Origin: an uncultured Pseudobdellovibrionaceae bacterium
GTDB taxonomy: Bacteria > Bdellovibrionota > Bdellovibrionia > Bdellovibrionales > JAGQZY01
Assembly (NCBI GenBank): GCA_964400355.1
Contig: CAYNTO010000013.1
Coordinates: 8,041-72,040, forward strand
DNA length: 64,000 nt
Direction of reading: 5' to 3'
In this document: positions 29,986-38,120 of the stretch, one piece after another
Layout of the letters: the number at the start of each line of letters is the position of its first letter
Numbering within the stretch: position 1 is the stretch's first letter
Program-made: the position numbers and the translations under genes
Notes under the pieces: generated by a model
Seen by the model: the letters and a program-made list of their open reading frames with translations, nothing else
What the model was told of the DNA's origin: nothing
Databases searched by the model: none

Positions 29986-30624
29986 ATGACCAAGGGGTTT
30001 GTGCTCACATTGATTTTAGGCCTGTTTTTAAGCTGGGACGCCCGTGGTTCTGAGATCCGTTATACCGAGGAAGCGCCGCCACCTGCGACTGGGTGGGAGT
30101 CGGCTCTCAAGTTCTTTTCCAGGACACCCTCCTCGAATTCCGTTTCGACAGGCTATGGCGGATCTGCAGAGGTGGGCGATAGCGCCTTTTTCCTCGATCA
30201 AAGCTTTTACGTGAGCAACAAATACCTCAGTGACGGGGTACCCAGCCCGCGCTTTGGATTTAATGCCGGCTATGAGTGGGATGGCGATACATTTGGTAAT
30301 GGCATCTACCTCAATTACGTCACTTTCGAGAAAAACAACCTCCAAGCTGAAAAGTTTTCAGTTTCCGGTGGCTTTTACTTTCCACGCATCGAAACTGGAT
30401 TTCCTCTTTATGCCCGCGCCAATGTGGGATTGGGCTATTTCACCAATGATATCGACAACCGAGGCATGACCTTCGATTACAATGCGGGCGTTGGCATTCG
30501 TTTTTTCTCCTCGTCAGCATGGGTATTTAACTTGGAAATCGGATCCCGCAATCACACACGCCTATTGAAATCCGAGTCGGCACAAAGTATTATCGTCGGC
30601 TCAGGATTGGCGTTTACATTTTGA
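29986..30624 (+). CDS. small outer-membrane beta-barrel protein
   Basis: Signal peptide, alternating aromatic/Gly beta-strand pattern, and C-terminal GSGLAFTF. Confidence 0.65.
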   Translation: MTKGFVLTLILGLFLSWDARGSEIRYTEEAPPPATGWESALKFFSRTPSSNSVSTGYGGSAEVGDSAFFLDQSFYVSNKYLSDGVPSPRFGFNAGYEWDGDTFGNGIYLNYVTFEKNNLQAEKFSVSGGFYFPRIETGFPLYARANVGLGYFTNDIDNRGMTFDYNAGVGIRFFSSSAWVFNLEIGSRNHTRLLKSESAQSIIVGSGLAFTF

Positions 30625-31811
30625 AATATCACAGACATCTATTCGAGAAAACAGCTTCAACTCTGGTGCAGATCTTTAACGAAGAGGCACCTGCTGACAA
30701 AGTTTTGGAAAAATTATTCAAAGAAAACAAAAAATGGGGCAAACGCGATCGTCAGTTTGTTGCAGAAACCGTATATGAGTGCGTGCGCTGGCGAGGATTG
30801 TACGAGTTTTTTCTCGCGCACGTCGCTGATGCGGCAACACTCATTGACGTGCACCTTCTGTGGAGCGAGCAGCCTCTTCCTGAATGGTCGCGCACGCGCA
30901 TTTCTACAGCGGACCTCCGTGCGTTGGCCGAACGTGCGCCTGCGCATGTGCGTGCGTCCTATCCTGAGTGGCTCTTTGCCCGTGCCGAACAAGAAATGGG
31001 CGCCACTATCTGGAATGCGTGCGCGATAGCGTTGAATGAACCCGCTCAAGTGGTTTTGCGGGCCAACACACTTAAGAAAACTCCTTCCGAGGTTGCCCAA
31101 CTGTTGGTGAGCGAAGGTATAGATACCGAAGTGGTTCGCGGCGTGCCTGAAGCGCTGGTCCTGAAAAAGCGCGCCAATGTTTTTCGCACCGACGCCTTTC
31201 AGAATGGGTTTTTCGAAGTGCAAGATGCCAACAGCCAACGGGTTGGTTTACTATTAAATCCACAACCGGGCGAGCGCGTGATCGATGCGTGTGCAGGAGC
31301 CGGCGGAAAATCACTTCATTTGGCCGCACTGATGAAGAACAAGGGCAAGATCATCTCTATGGATATTTACGAATCAAAGCTCGAAGAACTGCGCCGTCGC
31401 TCGCGCCGCGCGGGCGTGGATATCATCGAAACAAGAGTGATCGAGAGTACAAAAGCGATAAAACGTTTAGAGGAAAGCGCCGATGCGTTGCTGCTCGACG
31501 TGCCGTGCTCGGGCCTTGGAGTGCTCAAGCGCAATCCCGATAGCAAATGGAAAATGAACCCCGAAAAAATCGCAGGCCTACAGCAAACCCAGGCGCAAAT
31601 TTTGAGTTCCTACTCAAGGATGGTCAAACCGGGCGGCCGCATGGTCTATTCAACATGCAGCATCCTCCCCTCCGAAAACCAACGCCAGATCGATGCATTT
31701 TTAAAAAACAATTCGTGGTGGGAAAAAGTGAGTGATCAAACCTTGTACCCACATGAAACCGGATTTGACGGCTTTTATCTGTGTTTGCTAAAACGCGCGC
31801 AGGCTCTATAG
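30621..31811 (+). CDS. rsmB: 16S rRNA m5C methyltransferase (RsmB / NOL1-NOP2-Sun family)
   Basis: SAM motif DACAGAGGKS. Catalytic PCSGLGVLKRNPD and YSTCSILPSEN. Confidence 0.85.
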   Translation: MKYHRHLFEKTASTLVQIFNEEAPADKVLEKLFKENKKWGKRDRQFVAETVYECVRWRGLYEFFLAHVADAATLIDVHLLWSEQPLPEWSRTRISTADLRALAERAPAHVRASYPEWLFARAEQEMGATIWNACAIALNEPAQVVLRANTLKKTPSEVAQLLVSEGIDTEVVRGVPEALVLKKRANVFRTDAFQNGFFEVQDANSQRVGLLLNPQPGERVIDACAGAGGKSLHLAALMKNKGKIISMDIYESKLEELRRRSRRAGVDIIETRVIESTKAIKRLEESADALLLDVPCSGLGVLKRNPDSKWKMNPEKIAGLQQTQAQILSSYSRMVKPGGRMVYSTCSILPSENQRQIDAFLKNNSWWEKVSDQTLYPHETGFDGFYLCLLKRAQAL

Positions 31812-31855
31812 CATTGGTCGACCACTTGACGCCCATACTATATACCATTTCATAA

Positions 31856-32587
31856 TTACTGTAGGCGCATCATCTCCAGCAGTAAGATTCGATCCAGCTC
31901 TTCCAGCCACGGTGGAGAATCGACTAATTTTTCGCGCCGCTGTTCGCGAAGGTCGGTGGGCACAAATACAAACCGATACTCTTTGGTCACTCCGTTGGCG
32001 GCCAATACAAACAGCTCCTCGATGGCGCTGTTACCGATGGCGAGACCTCGTGTCGTCGTGCTCGTGCCATGGATAACAATATCTGTTGGCAGAATTTTTA
32101 TTTTTTCGCGTTCGGCAATAGCTTGGTCAAATTCATTGGGGTAATCGATACGAAGGGATATGTATTTTGGATCTCTGGCGACGCTTGCATCTTTTAAAGG
32201 ATATATGCCTTCGGGAAACTGATTGTCATTGGCAGTCCGTTTTGGCAAGCCCGATCCAATGGAAGCAAGCACCTCGTACTGTTGGACAAAGCGCGTGTCG
32301 GAGGCACTGTCACCCGCATAAACATAAACTTTCTTCTGGTCTTTAATATACAAAACGGTCACATGATACGGGGGATAACTCAGGTTTTTTTGAACAAACG
32401 CTTTTTTTAGGCGTTTTTCGACCCTTGGAATGAGACTCTTCACTCGTTTATCTAATAATTTTTCTGATGTGGGGGTTTTGGAAGTGTGGCTGGTTAAGGA
32501 CCAAACACCAAAAGCGATCCCAAAAATTAGGATCGCATAACCTCGCAAATTTCTAAGTAGAGTGGTTTTAAGGCCCGCGAATTTCAT
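31856..32587 (-). CDS. YafK-like L,D-transpeptidase-fold protein (the catalytic Cys appears to be absent)
   Basis: FPEGIYPL, LRIDYPNEFD and DIVIHGTSTTTRGLAIGNSAIEELF resemble the YkuD/YafK family. The usual GC of the active-site motif reads GL here. Confidence 0.55.
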   Translation of the reverse strand: MKFAGLKTTLLRNLRGYAILIFGIAFGVWSLTSHTSKTPTSEKLLDKRVKSLIPRVEKRLKKAFVQKNLSYPPYHVTVLYIKDQKKVYVYAGDSASDTRFVQQYEVLASIGSGLPKRTANDNQFPEGIYPLKDASVARDPKYISLRIDYPNEFDQAIAEREKIKILPTDIVIHGTSTTTRGLAIGNSAIEELFVLAANGVTKEYRFVFVPTDLREQRREKLVDSPPWLEELDRILLLEMMRLQ

Positions 32588-32957
32588 CCATCAACTTCAG
32601 CAAATCAATTTTTGTGTCGTCCATACGAATGCGGTCTACAAACGCGGTCATAGAGTTGTCGCACATGGCGACATCCTCGGACTTTACACATATAACGAAC
32701 ACGCTCGATGCGGTTCCCAGCTCCACCTGTTCAAAGGATGAACGAATAAATGTGGCGAGATCTTTGTTTTGTTTGTCCATGTCTGCGAGATAGTCTTCTT
32801 TGGTGTACTTAGGAAAGTAAAAACCCTGACGCTTCCTTAGCGTTTCATGCAGACGACGATTCTCCATGCCCCACACCTGGCGGAAATCGGCGAGAGTTTT
32901 ATCGCGATGAGCACAACCCGCACTCAATAAAAATACTGCCAATAAAAGCCGCTGCAT
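32568..32957 (-). CDS. lipoprotein, unknown function
   Basis: Lipobox LLSAGC. Overlaps its neighbours in an operon-like arrangement. Confidence 0.5.
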   Translation of the reverse strand: MQRLLLAVFLLSAGCAHRDKTLADFRQVWGMENRRLHETLRKRQGFYFPKYTKEDYLADMDKQNKDLATFIRSSFEQVELGTASSVFVICVKSEDVAMCDNSMTAFVDRIRMDDTKIDLLKLMDEIRGP

Positions 32958-33886
32958 TAGGACTTGGCTCCAGGCGTTCCCTTAACTTGCTGAGAAAGCG
33001 CGCGGTAGAAAACCTCGTGCATGCGTTTGTGATTTTCGTCACCCGCACTTTTTTTGAAATAATAATACACGTTCATCGTATAGGAAAAATCCGACACCGG
33101 CACTGTAGAGAGTCGCCCAGAGCGCACATGCTTACGAATACTGTGTGCAGGCAAAAATCCCCATCCCAATCCCGATTCGAGAACACGCTTTAGTGTTCCC
33201 ACATTCACGGTTTCAAAAACGGGCTCCAACTTTACACCTTTTGATTTCAAAGCAGAATTGAGCTCTTTTTCAAAGTTGGGATAACGCTCCATAATGTTCA
33301 CAAACGGTTTCAATGCTAAATCTTGCACTTCGATGTCCTCAGGAAGATGAGAATCCTTTGTAGAACCTACAAGCCACATCTCATCCTGCATGAGTAATTT
33401 TTTCTCCGCGCCCTTCGGCTCCATTCCATATTCCACCACTGCATCCGGTAAAATCATGATGTCCAGTTCACCTTTATCAAAGGCGCGAATCAAAGATTCA
33501 CCATCGTCATAGCTCAAGTGCACAACCATCTTTGTATTATGTTTCAAAAACAATCCGATGATAGGACTCACAATATAGAGTCCCAAAGAGTTTAAAGTCC
33601 CAATGCGAAAAGTGCCTTCGACTTCAACATTCATCGTCTGTATTGCAATCTGTGCTTGCTGAGAGAGTGCAAGGATGCGTTTAGCGTAGTCGAAAAGTAT
33701 TTGCCCTTGTGCGGTTGCTTTGGCTTGGCGCGAGCCTCTTTGTAAAAGTTCTACGGCCAACTCATCTTCCAAGTTACGAATTTGCTGACTCACGGCGGGC
33801 TGCGTGAGAAATAATTTCTCAGCGGCGGCCGTCATACTTCCCTCGCTGATCACAGTGCAAAATGTGGTGAGATGCTGAAAATTCAT
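32957..33886 (-). CDS. LysR-family transcriptional regulator
   Basis: N-terminal wHTH (LTTFCTVISEGSMTAAAEKLFLTQPAVSQQIRNLE) plus a substrate-binding domain. Confidence 0.9.
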   Translation of the reverse strand: MNFQHLTTFCTVISEGSMTAAAEKLFLTQPAVSQQIRNLEDELAVELLQRGSRQAKATAQGQILFDYAKRILALSQQAQIAIQTMNVEVEGTFRIGTLNSLGLYIVSPIIGLFLKHNTKMVVHLSYDDGESLIRAFDKGELDIMILPDAVVEYGMEPKGAEKKLLMQDEMWLVGSTKDSHLPEDIEVQDLALKPFVNIMERYPNFEKELNSALKSKGVKLEPVFETVNVGTLKRVLESGLGWGFLPAHSIRKHVRSGRLSTVPVSDFSYTMNVYYYFKKSAGDENHKRMHEVFYRALSQQVKGTPGAKS

Positions 33887-33913
33887 AAAATCCCCTTCCG
33901 ATATTTTTCCATT

Positions 33914-33928
33914 ATAAGATTTTCTTAT
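33914..33928. promoter_or_regulatory. putative LysR box (T-N11-A palindrome)
   Basis: ATAAGA-TTT-TCTTAT, 28 bp upstream of the LysR start, in the divergent spacer shared with the S8 protease gene. Confidence 0.4.
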
Positions 33929-34006
33929 AGTAAGTGTAACTTTATTTTTATTGCTCGACCTTAGTGGCCTGTTTTAGTTTGCACTCACTCAGAAGTACTG
34001 GGGCAT

Positions 34007-35878
34007 TTGATTTTGGGGGGATTGATGGGGAGACTGCTAAACGTTACAGCGATTCTAGTTATAGCAACGAGCACTTTGCACTGCGCTAAGAATAGAAGTT
34101 ATGGAGCCAAGGCAGCTCCCTCATCAACTAATGAGTTGGGGCTCATCGTACAAACCACGCCCGCTCAATTAGATTCTCTCGTCGACAACAATCCACAAGT
34201 CACAGTCCGTGCGCTCAGTGCCAATCGCGGCATTTTTGAATTGAGCAATATTTCCGTATCTGCAGCTCAAAGCATCTCGAGCACTCCGGTTGTTAAGAAT
34301 GAATTCTTTCAGGGAATTAAAAAGAGCAAAGCGCAAAAACTTTCCCTATCTCATCTTGCCAAGAATACCAGTCCAGATGCGGTGGCTGCCCTTCAGACGT
34401 GCTTTCCATCGCCCACAGCTCCATCCATGCAAGTGGACATTAGCTACAATCCCACCACTCTTACTATCGAATTGGGCGAAGAGGTTACTATCTCCGCAAT
34501 CGGCGCATCGAACTTAGGCGCACCTACCACCCCTGAAGCGACACCGGAAGTGACTCCACAGACACCTGCGCCGGCAGCTCCTGTGGCGCCAGAAGGTGAT
34601 CTCGACAAGTTGCAATTTGCAGGCAAAGAGAGAGACGACACCGCCGCTCCTGCCGCAGACGCAACTGCTGATAAAAAAGAAGATGTGAGAATTCTTTGGG
34701 ATATTCGCCCTCCAGGATTTTCTGAGCAAGCCTTTGCGACCGGTATCGGCGCCTCACAAAAATTCACTCCCGACAGTGTTGGACTGTACCAAATTGCCGT
34801 TGTCGCTCAGGACAAAGATTTAAGCTGCTCGGTAACCGTAGTACCATTGCTCGTAACTTCAAATCCGGAGCTCACAACAACCGTACCAGCGCTCACACAT
34901 CCAGAGGATCTCTCTTTATTCACTCATTTAGGATACGTTCATGCCAAAGAGGCCTGGGAAAAAGCCACTGGTAAAGATATCGTTATCGCTGTTCTCGATT
35001 CCGGCGTTAATTATAACCACATGGGTATTCGCCAGAACATTGCGACTAAAACAAATGAAGCAATTGACGGCAACGACGACGATGGAAATGGTCTTGCCGA
35101 TGACAATGTGGGCTGGGACTTTATTAGTAACGATCGCTTTCCGTTCGATGATGACGGGCATGGTAGTCACGTGGCAGGCTTAGTGGCCTCTCCAGTTTTG
35201 GGTGTTGCGCCAGAGGCAAAAATTCTCCCCGTGAAAGTTTTGAATGCGGCAGGATCTTCCGACATGGGTACAGTGATCGCTGGTATTTACTATGCGGTGG
35301 ATAGCGGTGCACGCATCATCAATGCGTCTTTGGGTTTTGACAATGCCTCCGCCGTTCCAGCACCATTGCTTGAGGCTGTGGAATATGCCCGCAGCAAAAA
35401 TGTGATCTTTTTGGCAGCAGCCGGAAATGGTGACGATACGGGGCTGGGTTTCGACATCAAAACCCGTCCTACCTACCCCGCCTCCTTCGGTTTGGACAAT
35501 ATGATCGCGGTCGGAGCAACAGCGCTTAATGAAATCACGAGCTACTCTAATTTTAACAACGAGCTTGTACACGTTGCAGCTCCCGGTGGTAACGAAAAGG
35601 AGTTTGTGGTTTCACTATCAACGACGAACCCGGCCAACTCGCCCCTCGCGGGACAAGCGGGTACATCTATGGCCTGCCCAGTGACGGCAGGAGTTGTTGC
35701 TCTCATGTTGAGTGCTGACAAAACGAACATGCCGCCCAAGCAAATTCGCCAAATATTAATGGATACCGGCGATGAGTTGCCGTCTCTCCTTGGCAAAACG
35801 GTGTCTGGCCGCCAGGTGAATGCTCAAAGTGCACTCAAGGCTGTCCTCGACCTTCAGCCAGCCGCCATTCAATTGTAA
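34007..35878 (+). CDS. secreted subtilisin-like (S8) serine protease
   Basis: Asp (VIAVLDSGV), His (DDDGHGSHVAG) and Ser (GTSMACPVTAG) triad. Signal peptide and a Pro/Ala/Thr-rich linker. The start is TTG 34007 or ATG 34025. Confidence 0.9.
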   Translation: MILGGLMGRLLNVTAILVIATSTLHCAKNRSYGAKAAPSSTNELGLIVQTTPAQLDSLVDNNPQVTVRALSANRGIFELSNISVSAAQSISSTPVVKNEFFQGIKKSKAQKLSLSHLAKNTSPDAVAALQTCFPSPTAPSMQVDISYNPTTLTIELGEEVTISAIGASNLGAPTTPEATPEVTPQTPAPAAPVAPEGDLDKLQFAGKERDDTAAPAADATADKKEDVRILWDIRPPGFSEQAFATGIGASQKFTPDSVGLYQIAVVAQDKDLSCSVTVVPLLVTSNPELTTTVPALTHPEDLSLFTHLGYVHAKEAWEKATGKDIVIAVLDSGVNYNHMGIRQNIATKTNEAIDGNDDDGNGLADDNVGWDFISNDRFPFDDDGHGSHVAGLVASPVLGVAPEAKILPVKVLNAAGSSDMGTVIAGIYYAVDSGARIINASLGFDNASAVPAPLLEAVEYARSKNVIFLAAAGNGDDTGLGFDIKTRPTYPASFGLDNMIAVGATALNEITSYSNFNNELVHVAAPGGNEKEFVVSLSTTNPANSPLAGQAGTSMACPVTAGVVALMLSADKTNMPPKQIRQILMDTGDELPSLLGKTVSGRQVNAQSALKAVLDLQPAAIQL

Positions 35879-35913
35879 TTACACAGATTTATCTCGTCAT
35901 GTAGACTGTCTGC

Positions 35914-36636
35914 ATGACGAAATTATCTGTTTTTACACTGATCGCGCTTTTCACGACATTGGCACATGGAAAGCAATTCTCCAACTCTTACGTAAGCTTT
36001 AACTTACCCCCCAACTGGAACTGTAAAGTTGCAGGCACCGAGTGGGTGTGCCGAAGCTCAAACAACGATCAAGCCAAGCAGGCCATCATTGTTCTTACCG
36101 CGAAAGAAGTTGGTCCCAATGATAACTTCGCCTACTACAACCAATACTTAAAAGTGCCAAAGACGCCCAAACATCGTGACGGCACTGTGGCTACTACATC
36201 AAAGGTACAGCATTTAAAAACAGTGCAGATTTCCAATCACCCTTGGGTCGACGGACTTCACCTCGGTAGCTTACTCCCCAACTTTTATTCGCGCTATTTA
36301 GTGACGATCAAAGAAAAGATCGCGGTACTTGTCACGTTCAGCGCCAAAAAAGAATTTTACACGCTTTACAGCAAACATTTCTTCGAAGCCATCAATAGCT
36401 TACGCGTGACCGCAACGGCCGGGAAAAAATACGGCCAAGGAACACTCAAAGGTCCAACGGAAGCCCTCGGCGGTTTGGATATGCCACAAGATATGGATAC
36501 AGGTGAAGGTGGCGAGATGATCGGCGAAGACGGCAGCGGAGGAAAAGGCAAAAACTCCAACATGCTCCTCTATGGCGCGGCCCTGCTGTTGATCGGTGGA
36601 GCGTCGTTCTTCCTCATCAAAAAACGTCGTAAATAA
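35914..36636 (+). CDS. secreted protein with a C-terminal Gly-rich / TM / KKRRK anchor
   Basis: Signal peptide (LIALFTTLAHG). The C-terminus reads GEDGSGGKGKNSNMLLYGAALLLIGGASFFLIKKRRK. Confidence 0.55.
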   Translation: MTKLSVFTLIALFTTLAHGKQFSNSYVSFNLPPNWNCKVAGTEWVCRSSNNDQAKQAIIVLTAKEVGPNDNFAYYNQYLKVPKTPKHRDGTVATTSKVQHLKTVQISNHPWVDGLHLGSLLPNFYSRYLVTIKEKIAVLVTFSAKKEFYTLYSKHFFEAINSLRVTATAGKKYGQGTLKGPTEALGGLDMPQDMDTGEGGEMIGEDGSGGKGKNSNMLLYGAALLLIGGASFFLIKKRRK

Positions 36637-36638
36637 AA

Positions 36639-36664
36639 AGAGTGCCCATCAGGGCGGCTCTTTT
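36639..36664 (+). terminator. intrinsic terminator of the 240-aa gene
   Basis: AGAG(T)GCCC-atca-GGGC(GG)CTCT followed by TTTT, immediately after the stop codon. Confidence 0.65.
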
Positions 36665-36673
36665 GAGCGGACC

Positions 36674-36817
36674 GGCTGTGAATTGGATTTGGGATTTTGA
36701 TAGATTCCATTTCGAAGACACAGCTCCTGCTTCGCTGCAACCCCTGCGGGGACGCTTCCGCTTTGCAGAGGTCTCCGAAATGGAATCTATCAAAAATCCC
36801 AAATTCAATTCACAGCC
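36674..36817. repeat. hairpin element, copy 1 (~41-bp variable stem plus conserved 61-nt GC-rich core)
   Basis: Arms 36674-36714 and 36776-36817 are complementary, with one G-T apposition and one 1-nt bulge. Core 36715-36775 is the reverse complement of the copy 2 core apart from 4 nt. Confidence 0.85.
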
Positions 36818-37001
36818 TCCACGAACTAAGAATATCGCTAGCGGACATTTTCATTTCCCCATGGAGTAGCTACAAACTACCATCAACAACCTCCCACTTT
36901 TACCGCCTCAACCTCTCATCAAAGAGCGCAGCGACTTTTATTCTCCTCCCCCACCCCAAAGAGCAAGGTTACCTTTCCTTCTCCGAAATACCTCCGCGGA
37001 T

Positions 37002-37142
37002 GCGGATGTGTTTTGGCTTTTTTCGTGCGTATTGCATTTCGGAGACCTCTGCTGAGCGGAAGCGTCCCCGCAGGGGCAGCAGCGAAGCAGGAGCTGTGTC
37101 TTCGAAATGCAATACGCACGAAAAAAGCCAAAACATATCCGC
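37002..37142. repeat. hairpin element, copy 2 (40-bp variable stem plus conserved core, opposite orientation)
   Basis: Arms 37002-37041 and 37103-37142 are complementary, 40/40 with one G-T apposition. Core is 37042-37102. Confidence 0.85.
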
Positions 37143-37182
37143 ACCCGCACGGCGAATAGAATAAGAAAAGTGTAATGAGCGA

Positions 37183-37653
37183 TTACTGCATGAAGAAGCT
37201 AGTAAAGTAGACGCCTTTAATAAGGCCTTTGCTCAGCTGTTCGTTCACAGCCATTGAAATATCATCTTTAAGATAGAGCTTGCCCTGCACCGAGTGCAGA
37301 TCCGCATATTTCTTTTTAGCGAGAATTCCAACGATAGCATCGCGCACGACTGCGGTTTTGGTGACCACTTCTTCGTAGCTTTTTTCGTCGGCCATTTCTA
37401 AATTGATTTCCAACTGGAGAACGTGATCTTCTTCCACATCGATAAGATTCACCGTTAAGGTTTCGAAACTGTAGATAATAGGTTTATCGCTAAAGATTTG
37501 CATGTGATGAAGGTATTCAGACACGGACATGTCTTTGGCGTCCTTTGTCGGCGGCTCCACCAGAGGTGCGCTCAATGACATAAAGACAAGGACCACACCA
37601 CCAATGACACCGATAAGATTGATACCCGCTAGGGCCATTAAACCTTTACTCAT
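37183..37653 (-). CDS. fliL: flagellar basal-body-associated protein FliL
   Basis: N-terminal TM followed by a FliL-like domain (YSFETLTVNLID...LQLEINLEMADEKSYEEV...RDAIVGILAKKKYADL). Confidence 0.8.
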   Translation of the reverse strand: MSKGLMALAGINLIGVIGGVVLVFMSLSAPLVEPPTKDAKDMSVSEYLHHMQIFSDKPIIYSFETLTVNLIDVEEDHVLQLEINLEMADEKSYEEVVTKTAVVRDAIVGILAKKKYADLHSVQGKLYLKDDISMAVNEQLSKGLIKGVYFTSFFMQ

Positions 37654-37798
37654 ACTAGACCTATCGGCGGACAGGGCCCCGACTAAAGGGGGATCCAGGG
37701 AAATAGACCTAGGTCCTGATAAAACTGCCTCACTCAGAGACAGTTTCTAGAAACTGTAAAGAAAACCAACATTTTGCTGGGGGATTCAATAAGGACTG

Positions 37799-38002
37799 CT
37801 AGTTCATGTCGTCGTCGGCAACATCGTCGAGGTCGTCGGTCTGCTCACCTTCCACACTCAGTTTTTTCGATTTGCTCGAGAGATCTTCTAAAGATTGCAA
37901 ATAGCTGGCGTGGGATTTTGGATCGATTTCACCCATCTTAACGTTCAAGGTGTGTAAGCGTTTGTCGGTCTTCAAATTTTTAATGCTTTTTGAAAGGCTC
38001 AT
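37799..38002 (-). CDS. small acidic protein (67 aa), unknown function
   Basis: ATG 38002 with an AGGAGA RBS. MSLSKSIKNLKTDKRL...EGEQTDDLDDVADDDMN. Confidence 0.45.
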   Translation of the reverse strand: MSLSKSIKNLKTDKRLHTLNVKMGEIDPKSHASYLQSLEDLSSKSKKLSVEGEQTDDLDDVADDDMN

Positions 38003-38120
38003 AATCTCTCCTGGAAGGCCTGATTTATCTCTCAGCTGAGGCGGCCAGTCAAGCCGGTTGGCCCCCATTTGCCCCTAAATCGGGCGAGGGGCCGAATGCT
38101 ACCCCACTTTGTGGGTGGAA

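Noticed and set aside
36715-37102. Checked the conserved core against self-cleaving ribozyme and riboswitch signatures (hammerhead CUGANGA...GAAA, twister-like, c-di-GMP-I GGCAAACC / GACGCAAAGCC)
   Set aside because: There are only partial resemblances (CUGCUGAGCGG...CGAAGC). The invariant hammerhead and GEMM-I nucleotides are not present in the required order. I cannot support any known class from the sequence alone.
36697-37164. 155-aa plus-strand ORF (and minus-strand ORFs 36919-37150) spanning the hairpin elements
   Set aside because: The reading frames are created by the inverted-repeat elements themselves, which produce mirrored peptide segments such as SETSAERKRPRRGSSEAGAVSSK. There is no RBS, the composition is not protein-like, and the ORF crosses a terminator and both hairpins.
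37661-37668. Sigma-28-like -10 element (GCCGATAG on the minus strand) upstream of fliL
   Set aside because: It lies only about 8 nt from the fliL ATG, which leaves no room for a 5'UTR or RBS. The -35 (TAAA) match is poor. It is likely a chance match.
37738-37757. 18-bp palindrome ACAGTTTCTAGAAACTGT between the small acidic-protein gene and fliL
   Set aside because: It could be an operator or a weak terminator, but no U-run follows and no supporting motif is present. It is noted only, without enough evidence for a feature call.
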